From assembly GCA_050613775.1 (NCBI GenBank), contig JBODTK010000014.1, positions 620,001 through 684,000 of the forward strand: a stretch of 64,000 bases of DNA. The letters are read 5' to 3'. The translations under genes were made by a program, and so were the position numbers. This DNA is from Neocallimastix sp. 'constans'. Its lineage: Eukaryota. The notes beneath the pieces were generated by a model. It made no database searches. It was not told where the DNA came from and saw only the letters and a list, made by a program, of their open reading frames with translations. This document shows, one piece after another, positions 38,946-51,208 of this stretch (the first letter of the stretch is position 1; every line of letters begins with the position of its first letter).

Positions 38946-41900
38946 CTACATCGAAGCTGAGTTATACTTGACTATATTCTTCAAATGAACATTCCTATTC
39001 ATTTGAATTCCAGAATTTGGATCAGCCAAGGTAACCGTATTAAATTGTTTTTTTATAACTTTAAGAGGACCAACAAAATAAGGTTCTAGTTTAGTTCTTG
39101 AAAAATTTCTAACTAGAACTAAATCACCTTCCCTAATTCTTTTTCCCTCATTCAAACTATTTTTTTCCTCTCTTCTAGCAGCCCAATACTTATTTGCATT
39201 TTTAACTTTTTCGGCTGCTTCTAAAGTCCATCGGTAATGATTTATAAATTTTTCTAACAACACTTCATCCGATGACTTATTAATATCCTTGGTAGGTCTA
39301 GCAGCAATATCAAAAGGCTGCTGATCTTCCCTACCATAAACCAACTCAAAACTTGAATGTTTTGTTACCTTATTTTTGGTAGTTCTAAGAGCCCATAAGG
39401 CGGATGGTAAAACTTCATCCCAATCCTTATTCTTAGAACCCAACAACCTCAATAACTTTCCGATCTCTTTATTACGGTTTTCCGTAAGTCCATTACTTTC
39501 TGGATGATATGTGGAAATAAACTTCACATATACATCATAGAGATCTAAAAATATTTTCGTCATGTCCGAGGTGAACTGAACACCATTGTCAGTTGTTATT
39601 ACCTGTGGAACACCATGACGAGCAAACACATTAATTAAGAACTTAATCACATCCTGTGATGTTATATTTTCCGTGGGTTCTGCTTCAACCCATTTGGTGA
39701 AGTAATCCACCACAACCATAATATATTGATTATTATTCTTCGTTTTAATCAAAGGTCCAATAATATCTAAACCCAAATGTATAAAAGGACCTTCTACTTT
39801 AGTTGGAATATTTTCTGTAGGTTCTGGATATGGTTGTGACCTATTCAACTGACACTTGTCACAACTTTGCACCACTCTTTTAATATCCATCACCATATTA
39901 TTCCAATAAAAACTTTTACGAAGCCTTTGATAAGTCTTATAATATCCCTCATGACCTATCTTATGGGCTTCTAAAATAAGTTTTACTCTTTCCGTTTGAT
40001 CAGTAATTAATTTACGATAGTCATTACCATCAACAAAGTAATCTTCACCATCTATCGTAACAAATTTTTCATTTATAAAGTCTTTAATAGTTTTAGAAAG
40101 CAACTCTTCTTCTTCCTTTGAAGTTAACTTAGTTGCCAATACCACAGAATCATCTCTTTTCTTCATCCTAGATAATGCATCGGCTAACACATTTTTCTTA
40201 CCCATTTGATATTGAATTTCAACACCAAGGGTACTAACAGTTAAGCACCACCTTGCTTGCCTAGCATTATTAGGTTCCTTATTTTTAAAGAAACTGATTA
40301 AAGGTTTATGATCTGTTATTACTACTGTTTTATTAGGATTTCCTAATATATAAGATTTCAACTTAGTAATACAATAAATTAATGCAGCTCCTTCCAAGTC
40401 AGTAATGCCATAATTTTTCTCGGCTTTACTTAAACTTCTACTTATATAATGAACTGGATGTTCCTTTTTGGTTTCTAAGTCTTCTTGGAGTAATACTCCT
40501 CCAATACCTTCATAGGAAGCATCCGTTCTAATTATAAACCTTTGATTAAAACTTGGATATTTTAAAATTGGAGCATTTATTAATTTTTCTTTTAACAGAT
40601 CAAAACTTTGTTGATGTTCATTATTCCATTTATATTTAACATTCTTTCTTAATAATTTACATAAAGGAGCAGAGATTTGGGCATATTTATCAATAAAGTT
40701 TCTATAATATCCTACTGCTCCAAGAAAAGATCGTAATTCATGAACATCAACAGGTGCTACCCACTCCTTGATAGCCTTAATTTTGCTATCCTGGGGACTT
40801 AAACCTTTCACTGATGCCTTATGACCTAAGACTTCTACTTCAGTCTGCATAAAGGCACATTTTTCAATGTTAATTTTTAACTTGTGTTGGCGAAATACTT
40901 CCAACACTTGCCTAATGTGGCTTATATGTTCTTCTATACTCTTAGAGTATATTAAAATATCATCTATAAAGTTAAAAACAAACTTTCCTATAAATGGGAA
41001 AAGAATCCTATTCATTTCCCTTTGAAATGTAGCTGGGGCTCCGGTTAAACCAAAAGGCATAACCTTGAATTGGTAGTTACCAAATTTTGTGGTGAAGGTG
41101 GTAATTTCTACACTTTCCTCATCCATCAAAATTTGATGATAACCAGAATAAAGATCCATTGTTGTAAAAATCTGTGCCCCATCTAAACTATCAAATATCT
41201 CATCAATGTAAGGTAATGAATAAGAATCTTTAACTGTTAAATCATTAACCTTACGATAATCAATACATAATCGCCATTTACCGTTCTTCTTCGGTACTAA
41301 CACTATTGGCGATGACCATTCGGAACAAGAAGGTTCAATTAATTTCTTATTAATTAATTTAATTAATTCCTCCTTAAGTATATCCGACTTAAATTTAACT
41401 AATCTATAGCACCTTTGCTTAACTGGTTTCGCACCAGGAATTAAATTAATCTTATGTGGAGGAAGATCAGAAGGTGTTAATTCTTCTGAAGAAGTAGCAA
41501 CTATTTCTAAGTTCTCCTCCAGAATTTTAATTATTTCATCTTTATATTTTTCGTTTAAAGTATTTAGGAAAATTTCATGATGAATATACTGCTTTGGGGA
41601 TAATCCTTCAATTTTCTTTAAATCATTCTTTTTGGAATCCTCATCCAAAGCCTTAATCATACACAACAACTTTTCTTCATCTTCATAATCATTATTAATA
41701 GGTGCAATAACGTCAATTACTCCCTCAGGAGTAATTTGACACAAACTATATAAAATGGGGTGGATAAACAAATTATAATCAATTTGGGTTTTTAAGTTAA
41801 TTAGAATATCGTAAAAAGGATCCTCCTTTTCTACTATTCTACAATTAACCATTAATACAAGATTATTAATCTTTACTGGCACCCGAATGATATAACCTTC

Positions 41901-43001
41901 CGAGTAATCATCATTCTTAGTTGCCAACCTAATTCTGCCACGACTAATATCAATAGGTTCATATTCGGACGGAAGCTTATCTAAAAATTGTTGAGTAATT
42001 ATACTTAAATTACTACATGAATCAATTAAAGCCTTCCCCGAAACACCTTCAACTGTAACATCAACCATGGCAATATCCTCTTCACATGGTTCGTTACCTT
42101 TACTTTTATAAGTGTGGTCTATGTTATTAACGACCACAGTCGTGGCTGACACATTATCCAACACCCCAGAGATATTAGATTGGTCCCTATCCAATTTAAT
42201 ACCCTGTGACACCTTATATCTTAATTTTGGAGCAGCATCCAATAACTGTCCAAAAGTAATATTGCAATGGGCAGAATTTAAATCTTTAAGAATATCATAT
42301 TCTTCTTCCCCCGATTGCATCTTAATTTTCCTAGATACTCTAGAACTTTTATTTTCTTTTTGAGTATCTTTATCTTTACTAATTAACACCTTTGTTAAAT
42401 CAATTACTTTATTATTCTCCTTCACAATACTTTTATTATTATCATTATTTACTTTCATTAAATTTTTATTCTTTCTTTTATCATTATTTACATTATTTAT
42501 AATAACTTCATCATTCACTAATGAATTATTATTAATATTATCATTACTATTATCATTACTATGATTATTACTATAATTAGTATTACTATTACTAGCTCTT
42601 TCATTATCACGAATTTGTCTTTCAATCTCTTTTTCTTTTTCAATTCGTGGTTGAGCTAGAATAGATGGTTTAATTTGTTTAACAATTTTATTACTTATAT
42701 TATTTTCTTTTACTTCTCGTTCTTTCTGTTTTCGTAATGCAGGAGTTATTATAGGTTTAGGATTCTCCTTCAACGACTTATGAATCCTTTTCTCTGCACT
42801 ACCTTCATCATTATTAACATCATAAATTTTACGTTTAGATGCTCCTACTAAATAATCAACTTTCTTTTTATTAACCACCCTTTTATTAGCAGGAGTTTCT
42901 TCAATATTAGAAAGACGAGAATTTTTAATTTCTTTTTGATATTTAATTGAAGCTGCTTTATTAAGTATGGGAGAGCTTCTTATCCCATTACTCAATTTAA
43001 A
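38946..43001 (-). CDS. pol: Pol of element G (PR-RT-RH-IN), entered by -1 frameshift
   Basis: 1349 aa ORF: LIDSCS, FIDD, TDAS, HHCC zinc finger, D..TDNG..E, GPL C-terminal motif. Confidence 0.95.
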   Translation of the reverse strand, partial: FKLSNGIRSSPILNKAASIKYQKEIKNSRLSNIEETPANKRVVNKKKVDYLVGASKRKIYDVNNDEGSAEKRIHKSLKENPKPIITPALRKQKEREVKENNISNKIVKQIKPSILAQPRIEKEKEIERQIRDNERASNSNTNYSNNHSNDNSNDNINNNSLVNDEVIINNVNNDKRKNKNLMKVNNDNNKSIVKENNKVIDLTKVLISKDKDTQKENKSSRVSRKIKMQSGEEEYDILKDLNSAHCNITFGQLLDAAPKLRYKVSQGIKLDRDQSNISGVLDNVSATTVVVNNIDHTYKSKGNEPCEEDIAMVDVTVEGVSGKALIDSCSNLSIITQQFLDKLPSEYEPIDISRGRIRLATKNDDYSEGYIIRVPVKINNLVLMVNCRIVEKEDPFYDILINLKTQIDYNLFIHPILYSLCQITPEGVIDVIAPINNDYEDEEKLLCMIKALDEDSKKNDLKKIEGLSPKQYIHHEIFLNTLNEKYKDEIIKILEENLEIVATSSEELTPSDLPPHKINLIPGAKPVKQRCYRLVKFKSDILKEELIKLINKKLIEPSCSEWSSPIVLVPKKNGKWRLCIDYRKVNDLTVKDSYSLPYIDEIFDSLDGAQIFTTMDLYSGYHQILMDEESVEITTFTTKFGNYQFKVMPFGLTGAPATFQREMNRILFPFIGKFVFNFIDDILIYSKSIEEHISHIRQVLEVFRQHKLKINIEKCAFMQTEVEVLGHKASVKGLSPQDSKIKAIKEWVAPVDVHELRSFLGAVGYYRNFIDKYAQISAPLCKLLRKNVKYKWNNEHQQSFDLLKEKLINAPILKYPSFNQRFIIRTDASYEGIGGVLLQEDLETKKEHPVHYISRSLSKAEKNYGITDLEGAALIYCITKLKSYILGNPNKTVVITDHKPLISFFKNKEPNNARQARWCLTVSTLGVEIQYQMGKKNVLADALSRMKKRDDSVVLATKLTSKEEEELLSKTIKDFINEKFVTIDGEDYFVDGNDYRKLITDQTERVKLILEAHKIGHEGYYKTYQRLRKSFYWNNMVMDIKRVVQSCDKCQLNRSQPYPEPTENIPTKVEGPFIHLGLDIIGPLIKTKNNNQYIMVVVDYFTKWVEAEPTENITSQDVIKFLINVFARHGVPQVITTDNGVQFTSDMTKIFLDLYDVYVKFISTYHPESNGLTENRNKEIGKLLRLLGSKNKDWDEVLPSALWALRTTKNKVTKHSSFELVYGREDQQPFDIAARPTKDINKSSDEVLLEKFINHYRWTLEAAEKVKNANKYWAARREEKNSLNEGKRIREGDLVLVRNFSRTKLEPYFVGPLKVIKKQFNTVTLADPNSGIQMNRNVHLKNIVKYNSASM

Positions 43002-43675
43002 CGTTTATTGTTTCTAATTTCTTTCCTATTTTTCTCAACAATTGCTCTCAACTTTGGGCAATTGTTTTGATAATGACCTGGTTCTTTACAGAAATAACAA
43101 GCCTTTATTGTTAAACTTCTCATTTTTCTTGTTAATTCCTCTATGTTATTATCTTCTTTAGGTTTAATATTAACTTTTTGTTCTAATTTATTTTTAATAG
43201 GAGGATGAAAATTAACTCTATTACTAAAAGAAGATGTATTTGCAGAAGGTGAAGGGTTAGTAGGATGTCTTCTTTGATTACTACCCATATAAGTTAACCT
43301 ATCTGCTTTTTCAGCAATTTTAAAGGCTTTTGACAGAGAAATGTTATCAAATAAGGTTAGACGTTTCCAGGCTTCAACATTGTTTTCAATGGAGTCTGTG
43401 TAATCTAAAACACTTATCTGACTTCTTTTCTTTTTATTTAATTTTAAATATAAAGTTTTATACTTAATATTAAAATCTTTGATTCTTTCATTTCTCTTAA
43501 TTCTTAGAGCACGTAGCTCTCTTAATAAATTATTTTGATCCTCCCTAATGCCATAAAATTCTTCTATCGCTTTTACAATTCTATTAAGGGAAGGATAAGC
43601 CTTATTCTTTTTATCAATTTCTTTATCTTCTTCATTATCATCATCCTCATCTTCATCATTAATATCCTTATAATT

Positions 43676-43706
<31 letters not shown>

Positions 43707-43936
43707 CTATCATCATCTTTATTATTATCATCCATTAATTCTTGGATGACTTTCCTGGTTTCACCAATTGAGGTTAAAACACAGGCATAAAATATAATCT
43801 TGGAGTCTTCAACATGTTCAAGCTTTATCCAAAGCTCTAAATCAGACTTCCAAGTTTTAACATCTAAATTTTCTTTGGATATTTTTTCAATATCCTTAAG
43901 TTCCTTTTTTAAATCTTTAAAATTAATTGTACTCAT
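42992..43936 (-). CDS. gag: Gag of element G with CCHC zinc knuckle
   Basis: CYFCKEPGHYQNNC; homologous to gag of element F. Confidence 0.92.
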
Positions 43937-44911
43937 TTTAAAAAAAACACACTTTTAAAAAAAAAAATAAAATAAAAAAAAAATTGTTTTATTAATTATT
44001 TAATTGCTATATTTTTATTTATTTATTTATTTATTTACAATTAAAATTATATATTTAAGTAATTTATATCTCTAGTGAGACGTTTCCGGCTAGTGTATAT
44101 TTAATTTTGCTATATACACCCGTACTCCCCCTCCTGGACACTAGAATAAATATAAATTAATAAACTAGTTGGAGTGTTCACTATTCTTTCAAGCTAATAA
44201 CCCCTTTCGTTTATCTTTACTTAAATAAAAAAAAATATATACAATTATTTACAAAAAAAATTTTTTTTTTTTTTTAATATAGCAATTAAAAATATTTAAA
44301 AACACAAAAATTAATATTTTTTTTTTTTTTTTTTTTTTATTTATTTATTTATTTGTTATCGGTTATTATTACAATATTTACAATTACAATTACAATTATT
44401 ATTAAGTTTATATAATTACAACTTAAAAAAAACAAATAAACTTAATTAAAAACAAGGTAAATTAACAAACCTAATACAACTTGAAAAACCGCTATCTATT
44501 ACAACTGCCGACCACGCAGAGGGACCTTAGTATTTCGGTATACTAAGTGAATTTGCCTGAGTCAAGTGGAGGAGCACCCAAACCGTGTTGAACGTATAAT
44601 GGGTGATCTATAGGGTAATTTCTGCTTCCCAACAGTATTTACCGCTATATCTAATCGGGGTTCGATTAGTTCGTAACCGGCCCCTCTCCAAACACCTGAT
44701 TAAACCACTCGCAATTATAGAATTATCTATAACTGCTTAGTACGCAGTAAACTCAGTATATAGTTTTATTTGGAGCACGCGAAGACCAAATAAAACTGAT
44801 GTTAATTTTTATTACTACCACAACAACAATCACAACAACAACACCAACCACAACAACAACACAAAAACCGATAACAAAAAAAAATTTGATGATGATGAAT
44901 GTAAAAGTGTG

Positions 44912-44977
<66 letters not shown>

Positions 44978-45061
44978 TAATTTAATTTAATTTAATTCTA
45001 TTAAATTTAATTTAAAAAAATTATTCTCATAATTCCAAAAAAAATAAGTCCTAGTAGTTCC

Positions 45062-45632
45062 AATTTCCTTCTTGGTCTTCTCCTTCTTGGTCTTCTTCTT
45101 GGTCTTCTTCTTGGTCTTCTTCTTGGTCTTCTTCTTGGTCTTCTTCTTGGTCTTCTTCTTGATTTTCTTCTTGGTCTTCTTCTTGGTTTTCTTCTTGGTC
45201 TTCTTCTTGGTTTTCTTCTTGGTCTTCTTCTTGGTTTTCTTCTTGGTTTTCTTCTTGGTCTTCTTCTTGGTCTTCTTCTTGGTTTTCTTCTTGGTCTTCT
45301 TCTTGGTTTTCTTCTTGGTCTTCTTCTTGGTTTTCTTCTTGGTTTTCTTCTTGGTTTTCTTCTTGGTCTTCTTCTTGGTTTTCTTCTTGGTCTTCTTTTT
45401 CTTGGTCTTCTTCCACTTGGTTTTCTTCTTGGTCTTCTTTTTCTTGGTCTTCTTCCACTTGGTCTACTTCTTGGTCTTCTTTTTCTTGGTCTTCTTCCAC
45501 TTGGTCTACTTCTTGGTCTTCTTTTTCTTGGTCTTCTTCCACTTGGTCTACTTCTTGGTCTTCTTTTTCTTGGTCTTCTTCCACTTGGTCTACTTCTTGG
45601 TCTTCTTTTTCTTGGTCTTCTTCCACTTGGTC

Positions 45633-45664
<32 letters not shown>

Positions 45665-45676
45665 CTTCTTCTTCTT
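45062..45676. repeat. Minisatellite (12-bp TTCTTCTTGGT(C/T) units, 39-bp higher-order unit, TTC run)
   Basis: Direct reading; abuts the PBS of element G. Confidence 0.95.
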
Positions 45677-46726
45677 CCCCGATATCTCCACCAATTTTGG
45701 TAGACTCGGGGTTGACACTTAGATATTTAAAATCAAGCAGGGGGGGACGGGTATTACCCTGCTTTGATTTTAAAAAAAATAAATCTTTATTAAAAATTAT
45801 TTATTTTTTTTTTTTTTTATTAATATAAAAGTTTTTTATTTAAAGTACACATTTAATTTTTAAGAAATTGTTACAATATTTATATTTTTTTATAAATTTA
45901 AAGTATAATTAATTGTTTATAATTTAAGTAATTTTATAGAATTATTGAATTAATTTTATATCAATAATTCATTTTTGTTTTAATTTTTATAAATATAATA
46001 ATATAATATTCAAATATAATTTAATTAAAAATAATTATAAAATAAATATATAGAAAATAGTTTTTACTATTTTCTTTGATATTTTTAAGTTAAATAAATT
46101 GTTTTTAAAGATTAATATAATAAATTTAATAATCTTTAATTATTTTAAATAATACTTGTAATTATTTTCAAAATAAAATAAAATTTTTATAATATTTAAT
46201 TAATAAATTTGATAATATTTAAATAATAATTTTTATAATAAGTAAAAATTTTAATAATAATTTTTAATAATAAATTTAATTAATAATCTTAATAATTTTA
46301 TAATAATATTTAATAGTTATAATATATAAATTTTTATAATAATATTTAATAATTTTAATAATTTTATAATATTAATAATTTATAATAATTTTTAGAATAA
46401 TATTTAATTAATAATTTTAATAATTTTATAATAATTTTTATAATAATATTTAATTAATAGTTTTAATAATTTAGTATCTTAAAAGTATAATTTTAATATT
46501 TACAATTGTATTTTAATATATACATATATTTAATAATATAACAATAAAGTAATTAATTAAATTTTATTTACATTATTTACAAGTTAAAATTAATTTATAT
46601 CAAAATAAATTAAATTTTATTATTAAGTTTAGGTTATCAAGAATATAGGAAAGTACAATTTAGTAAAGAATTATTAATAATAAAATAAAGGTTATTAATT
46701 CATTCTTTACCAATTAATTTCGTATT

Positions 46727-46798
46727 GGCTCAATGGTTTAGTGGTATAATTCTCGCTTAGGGTGCGAGAGGTCCCGGGTTCAATTCCCGGTTGAGCCC
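46727..46798 (+). tRNA. trnP: tRNA-Pro(AGG)
   Basis: GGCTCAA/TTGAGCC acceptor stem, CTCGC-TTAGGGT-GCGAG anticodon arm, GGTTCAATTCC T arm, oligo-T terminator at 46799. Confidence 0.97.
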
Positions 46799-47349
46799 TT
46801 TTTTTTATTTTCTACTTATATAGAAGGTTTTCTACTCTATATAATATAAATATTATATATAAAATATTTATATAATATATTTAACTGTATCTTTTAACGA
46901 AATTTTGTCTCAATTTTCAAAAGAAATTTGTTATTTACACATTAGAGGATGCGCAAAGGTTTTTGGGATAATCTAAGATTAGAAAAAGAACACTTAGATG
47001 TGTTTGAAACAAAGATTAACTAAAATACCAAATTACTTAAAAAATCAGTCTGATTATGCCAACAAAATGGCAGAAAGAAGCAATGCGAAAAAAACATCTC
47101 TTTCACTACTTTCTCAGATGATAACTTCGAACCCATAATGAGGTTCGTGAATAAAATGACCTTAGAAGAACGCGTCTTAAAAGATCAAAAAGAAGAATAT
47201 ATATTACTTAATTACCCTAAACAATCTAAATCATATAAATAAGAAAAATTTTTTATAAAAATTCTAAAAGTAGAACTAGAAGTAAAATAAAGAGATCTAC
47301 TCAAAATATTAATAATATTAGCAACACTAAAAGGGATTCAAATAATGCA

Positions 47350-47386
<37 letters not shown>

Positions 47387-48099
47387 TAGTAATTGTCCTG
47401 GATATAAAGCATATAAGAAGGACAATCAACACCTTAAAAGAAGACAAGCCTTGTATTTTAGTATAATTGATGAAATCACTGAAAATAAGGAAGAAGAAGT
47501 TAACATAATGAAACAGCAATTCCAAGGACATACTTTCATCCAAAGACGATACTTACACCAAACAGGAAATAGAATGCTCTGATGAAGTATCTCATGACTT
47601 CGTCGAAGAAATATTCCGTTCGGATCTAAAACTTTTTTAAGGATAGGGTAGAGCTTCAAAAAAATCATAGATAAAATATAAGTAGCCGTTCCATGGAAAT
47701 CACCAAATACGCAGAAGCTTACTTAAATCCTGTTATACTAATGACCAAGATAAGCAACCTTTGATAAGAAATCCTTATGCCTTTTCGATACTGGTGGCTC
47801 TCTTAATTTAATTTAATTTAATTAGTAAAAAAAAAAATTTGTTGATACTTTGAAACTTCCATGTAAAGCGTCTTATCGTGAATTCTCAACTATCGCTGGA
47901 AAAGCTAAAGCAACTAAGAAAGCTTTAGTATCATTTTTTGTTGCAAATTAAAGGACCGCCTCAGGGAATCCAATAATGAATCATTCATTAATGCAGTACC
48001 CGAATACACATATTTCTTAGTCATAAAAAATGGAACTTTGTTATCAAAATAAATCCAGAAGATTTGAAAAAAACTACCCATGGTACCCAAGGTTAAAGA

Positions 48100-48540
48100 A
48101 ACAACCCACGAAGCCTTTCTAGCAATGAAGAAACCATGTTAGAATCTTATATTCAAGAAGGATGGATTGAAACCTGCTGCTGTCCTTCCCCACGCCATTA
48201 ACATGTTTCCTATACCAAAACATGATAGCTCTAATAGATACGTATATAATTACGTTCCGGTTAAAAAAAAAAAAACTTTGCGATATTGCCCAAAATCAAA
48301 TTCCCAATTTACGTAATCAAGTGAACGAAATTAACTAAACATAAGTATATCATCTGCTTGGTCCTTAGGTTTGCTTACAACAAAATAAGTATTTACTGAC
48401 CCTGTTGTTACTAAAAGAAGCTACTTCCTTTCGTGTGGGAATAGGGAACATTTGTCTGAAATGTTATGCCTTTCGGTCTTAGTGATGCGCCACCCTTCTT
48501 CCAAGCTTTTATGAATCACATTTTTATTCCATAAAAATAT
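48100..48540 (+). pseudogene. pol: Degenerate gypsy RT relic
   Basis: MPFGLSDAPPFFQAFMNH at 48466 and an LRFAYNKI-like stretch near 48365; boundaries approximate. Confidence 0.6.
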
Positions 48541-48779
48541 ATAACGGCGTTCTCTTGTTACTTGGAGAAATGCTGAAGAAGCATTAATCCAAGCTTTTTG
48601 ATTTTCTTTAAATTCTGGAGCGACTATTCTTTTCTTATCAGATTGTCTTTTATATAAGTTCCTATGTACGAATGTAGCACTTCTTTTACTAAAGGAAAGT
48701 TATCACTTACATTTTAAAATATATTTTAATTTAGAAGTAGTACCATTAAATAAGAAAACATTATCGATTGATGGATCAA

Positions 48780-49010
48780 AGCCATAGTTAATAAAGAATG
48801 GGGTTCGTTTGGTAGATTCATTAATAGTATTATTATAAACAAATTCTTCCAAAGATGTAGCCATTCAATACAGTCATCATGGAAAAAAAAAGCTCTTGAA
48901 TAGCATTCTTAAATATTGTTCAATGAAGGAATTACAACGTTCTACTTGCCCAACGGTTTCATGATGAACGGTAGTAGCAATTTTTGATTGAATTCCAAGT
49001 TTTTCCATCA
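48780..49010 (-). pseudogene. pol: Degenerate gypsy integrase relic
   Basis: IATTVHHETVGQVERCNSFIEQYLR at about 48900-48985, similar to the integrase of element A; boundaries approximate. Confidence 0.65.
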
Positions 49011-51208
49011 ATACTATCAGGAGCAGTCTTAGAAACATCTTGTCTTAGTTGTTCAACTTCAACTTCTTCGGCCATAGGAAATCTCAGAAGTAGCAGTGGT
49101 CGCTCTAAAAGAATTTTCAAACATCTTAAGGTAACCAGAAAACGACGGGTAAGATTATTGTAAAATTTAAAATTGAGTGTTTAGGTAAGATTCTTGCTAT
49201 ATCTTTCCTAGTTTTGGGTTAAATTGGTCAGGTCAAGATGTTTTTTATTAATTATAACAATTTAATTAAATTTAAATAATAAATAACACACACAGAGTTT
49301 TATAATTAAGATTTCAATATTTAAGATTTATGTTTTATTAGAACTTTTATTTAATATATATTTTAATAATAAATTTTAACTAAGATTAATATAAAAAATT
49401 ATTTATTGTTATAATTAATTCATTAACTTTATGTTAATAGTTTAAAATTTATAGTTATAAAGTTAAAGGTTACTAAGTTAATAATCTTACAAAGAATTCA
49501 AAATATGGAATTTCAAATCTTTTTTATACTAAACTAAAATAATAATTAATAATATAATTAAATAATACATTTTAATCTTAATCTATTCATACATGTATAT
49601 AAACTATATAAAATATAATAATAAAATAATATTGATAAGAATCTTTTAATAAAATAACTATATAATTATTCATAAAACAATTTAATAATAAAACTAATTT
49701 AATAATAAAATATAAAATAAAATAAAATAAAATATTAAAACTAATTAAAAATTCTCTTTCGGAAATCTTTAGAATGTGTAAAGATATTATTAATATCTTT
49801 ATAAATTTTAATTAAATTTAATCATAAATTTAAGTAAAATTGAAATAAATCTATTAAAAATCACGTGTATAAAATTATTGCAAATAATTTTAAACAAAAC
49901 TTCGACTTCTTCCCAATCATATTAATAAATTAAAAATTTCTCTTGTGAAACTAGTAATTGAAAATCATTTCTTTTTATGTAATTTAATTTAAATAATAAG
50001 AGTTAAGGTTTTTTACAAGATAAATTAACAACATGAAACTATGCAATTAGTCATGTTGAAACTTACGGCATTTTATGCTAAATTTATATTAAATAATTAT
50101 GACAACTTTTATATTATTTTAAAATAGAAAATATATAATAAATTTACTAATAATATTTAAATAATAAATAAATAATAAATGAACTCAATTAGAATTGATT
50201 ATATTTATTTTAGTTATTAATTATAATTCTCTTTATTTAGTAATAGTTAATTATTTATTATTAGTTTAGGTTAGTATTATTTTTAAATAAATAGTTAGAT
50301 AATATAATTCAATAGGAATTATATATTCTAAATGTAATAAGATAAAAATATAAATAGTTAACCAAATTTCATGTATTTTAATCGATGTAATTGTTATTAA
50401 CGATTTATTGTTAATAACACTAATAATTAATAAAGATTATTTTAAAATCTAAATATAATAAAACTTATTTGTTTATAAAACATTTTTGTGTTATTTAGTG
50501 TTATTATAATTTTTGACTTATAATCTATTTTTTAAATCAAAACTTTATAGAATGATAAAGAATTCCTTAGAATCTTTTAGAAAATAATTGAATAAAAATA
50601 TATACTAATAAAATATATAAAACTTATAAAACTTATTTAAAATGTTATAAAGTTATTACTAATAACTAATTCTGTATTTTTAATTAATAATACAAATTAA
50701 TAATATAATTTCCAAGTTAAGAGATTTATCTAATATAAATTTCTTAATAATTTAGGGTCTTAATTAAATAATTAAATTATATTTTTATATTTAAATATCT
50801 TTAAAGTCCAATATCTCGTTATCTAGTTGTCCAATAAGGTTGATTTTAACATATGTTGTAGTTCTCGACCGTAGCTTTCTAATGAATATAATTTTAGCGT
50901 GAATATCAATATAATATTTCCATTTTTTGTCGTGTTGTCGTTGTTTTTCTTCAAGTTATTTTTGTCAATTTCTTAAGGGTTAAATTAAATTATTAATTAA
51001 ATAGTCCAAACCCTTTGGTTTCTAATTATTTAATGTTGCTAATATTTATTTTTATAATTAAAATCGGATTAAAATAATTTTTTGTCAATAACTAAATTAA
51101 ATTTCAATTGATCTAATAGTGAATTTTAACCTTGAATCCACTAGTATTCGTGACAAAAAAAAAATAAATATTTTGTTAAAAATAATTATAGATTTTTACT
51201 TCCTTTGA

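Larger units (their letters stand above)
37909..46712 (-). mobile_element. Full-length, apparently intact gypsy element G (LTRs 37909-38922 and 45698-46712)
   Basis: Near-identical ~1014 bp LTRs, TSD ATTA, PBS 45676-45693, PPT 38923-38935, uninterrupted gag and pol. Confidence 0.95.

Noticed and set aside
45072..45722. 216 aa VFFL-repeat ORF
   Set aside because: Product of the minisatellite; no ATG
49200..51200. Further LTR relics (B-like GGTCAAGATG and CACGTG words; A-like end at 51172-51200)
   Set aside because: Too decayed to assign termini or TSDs, so not annotated
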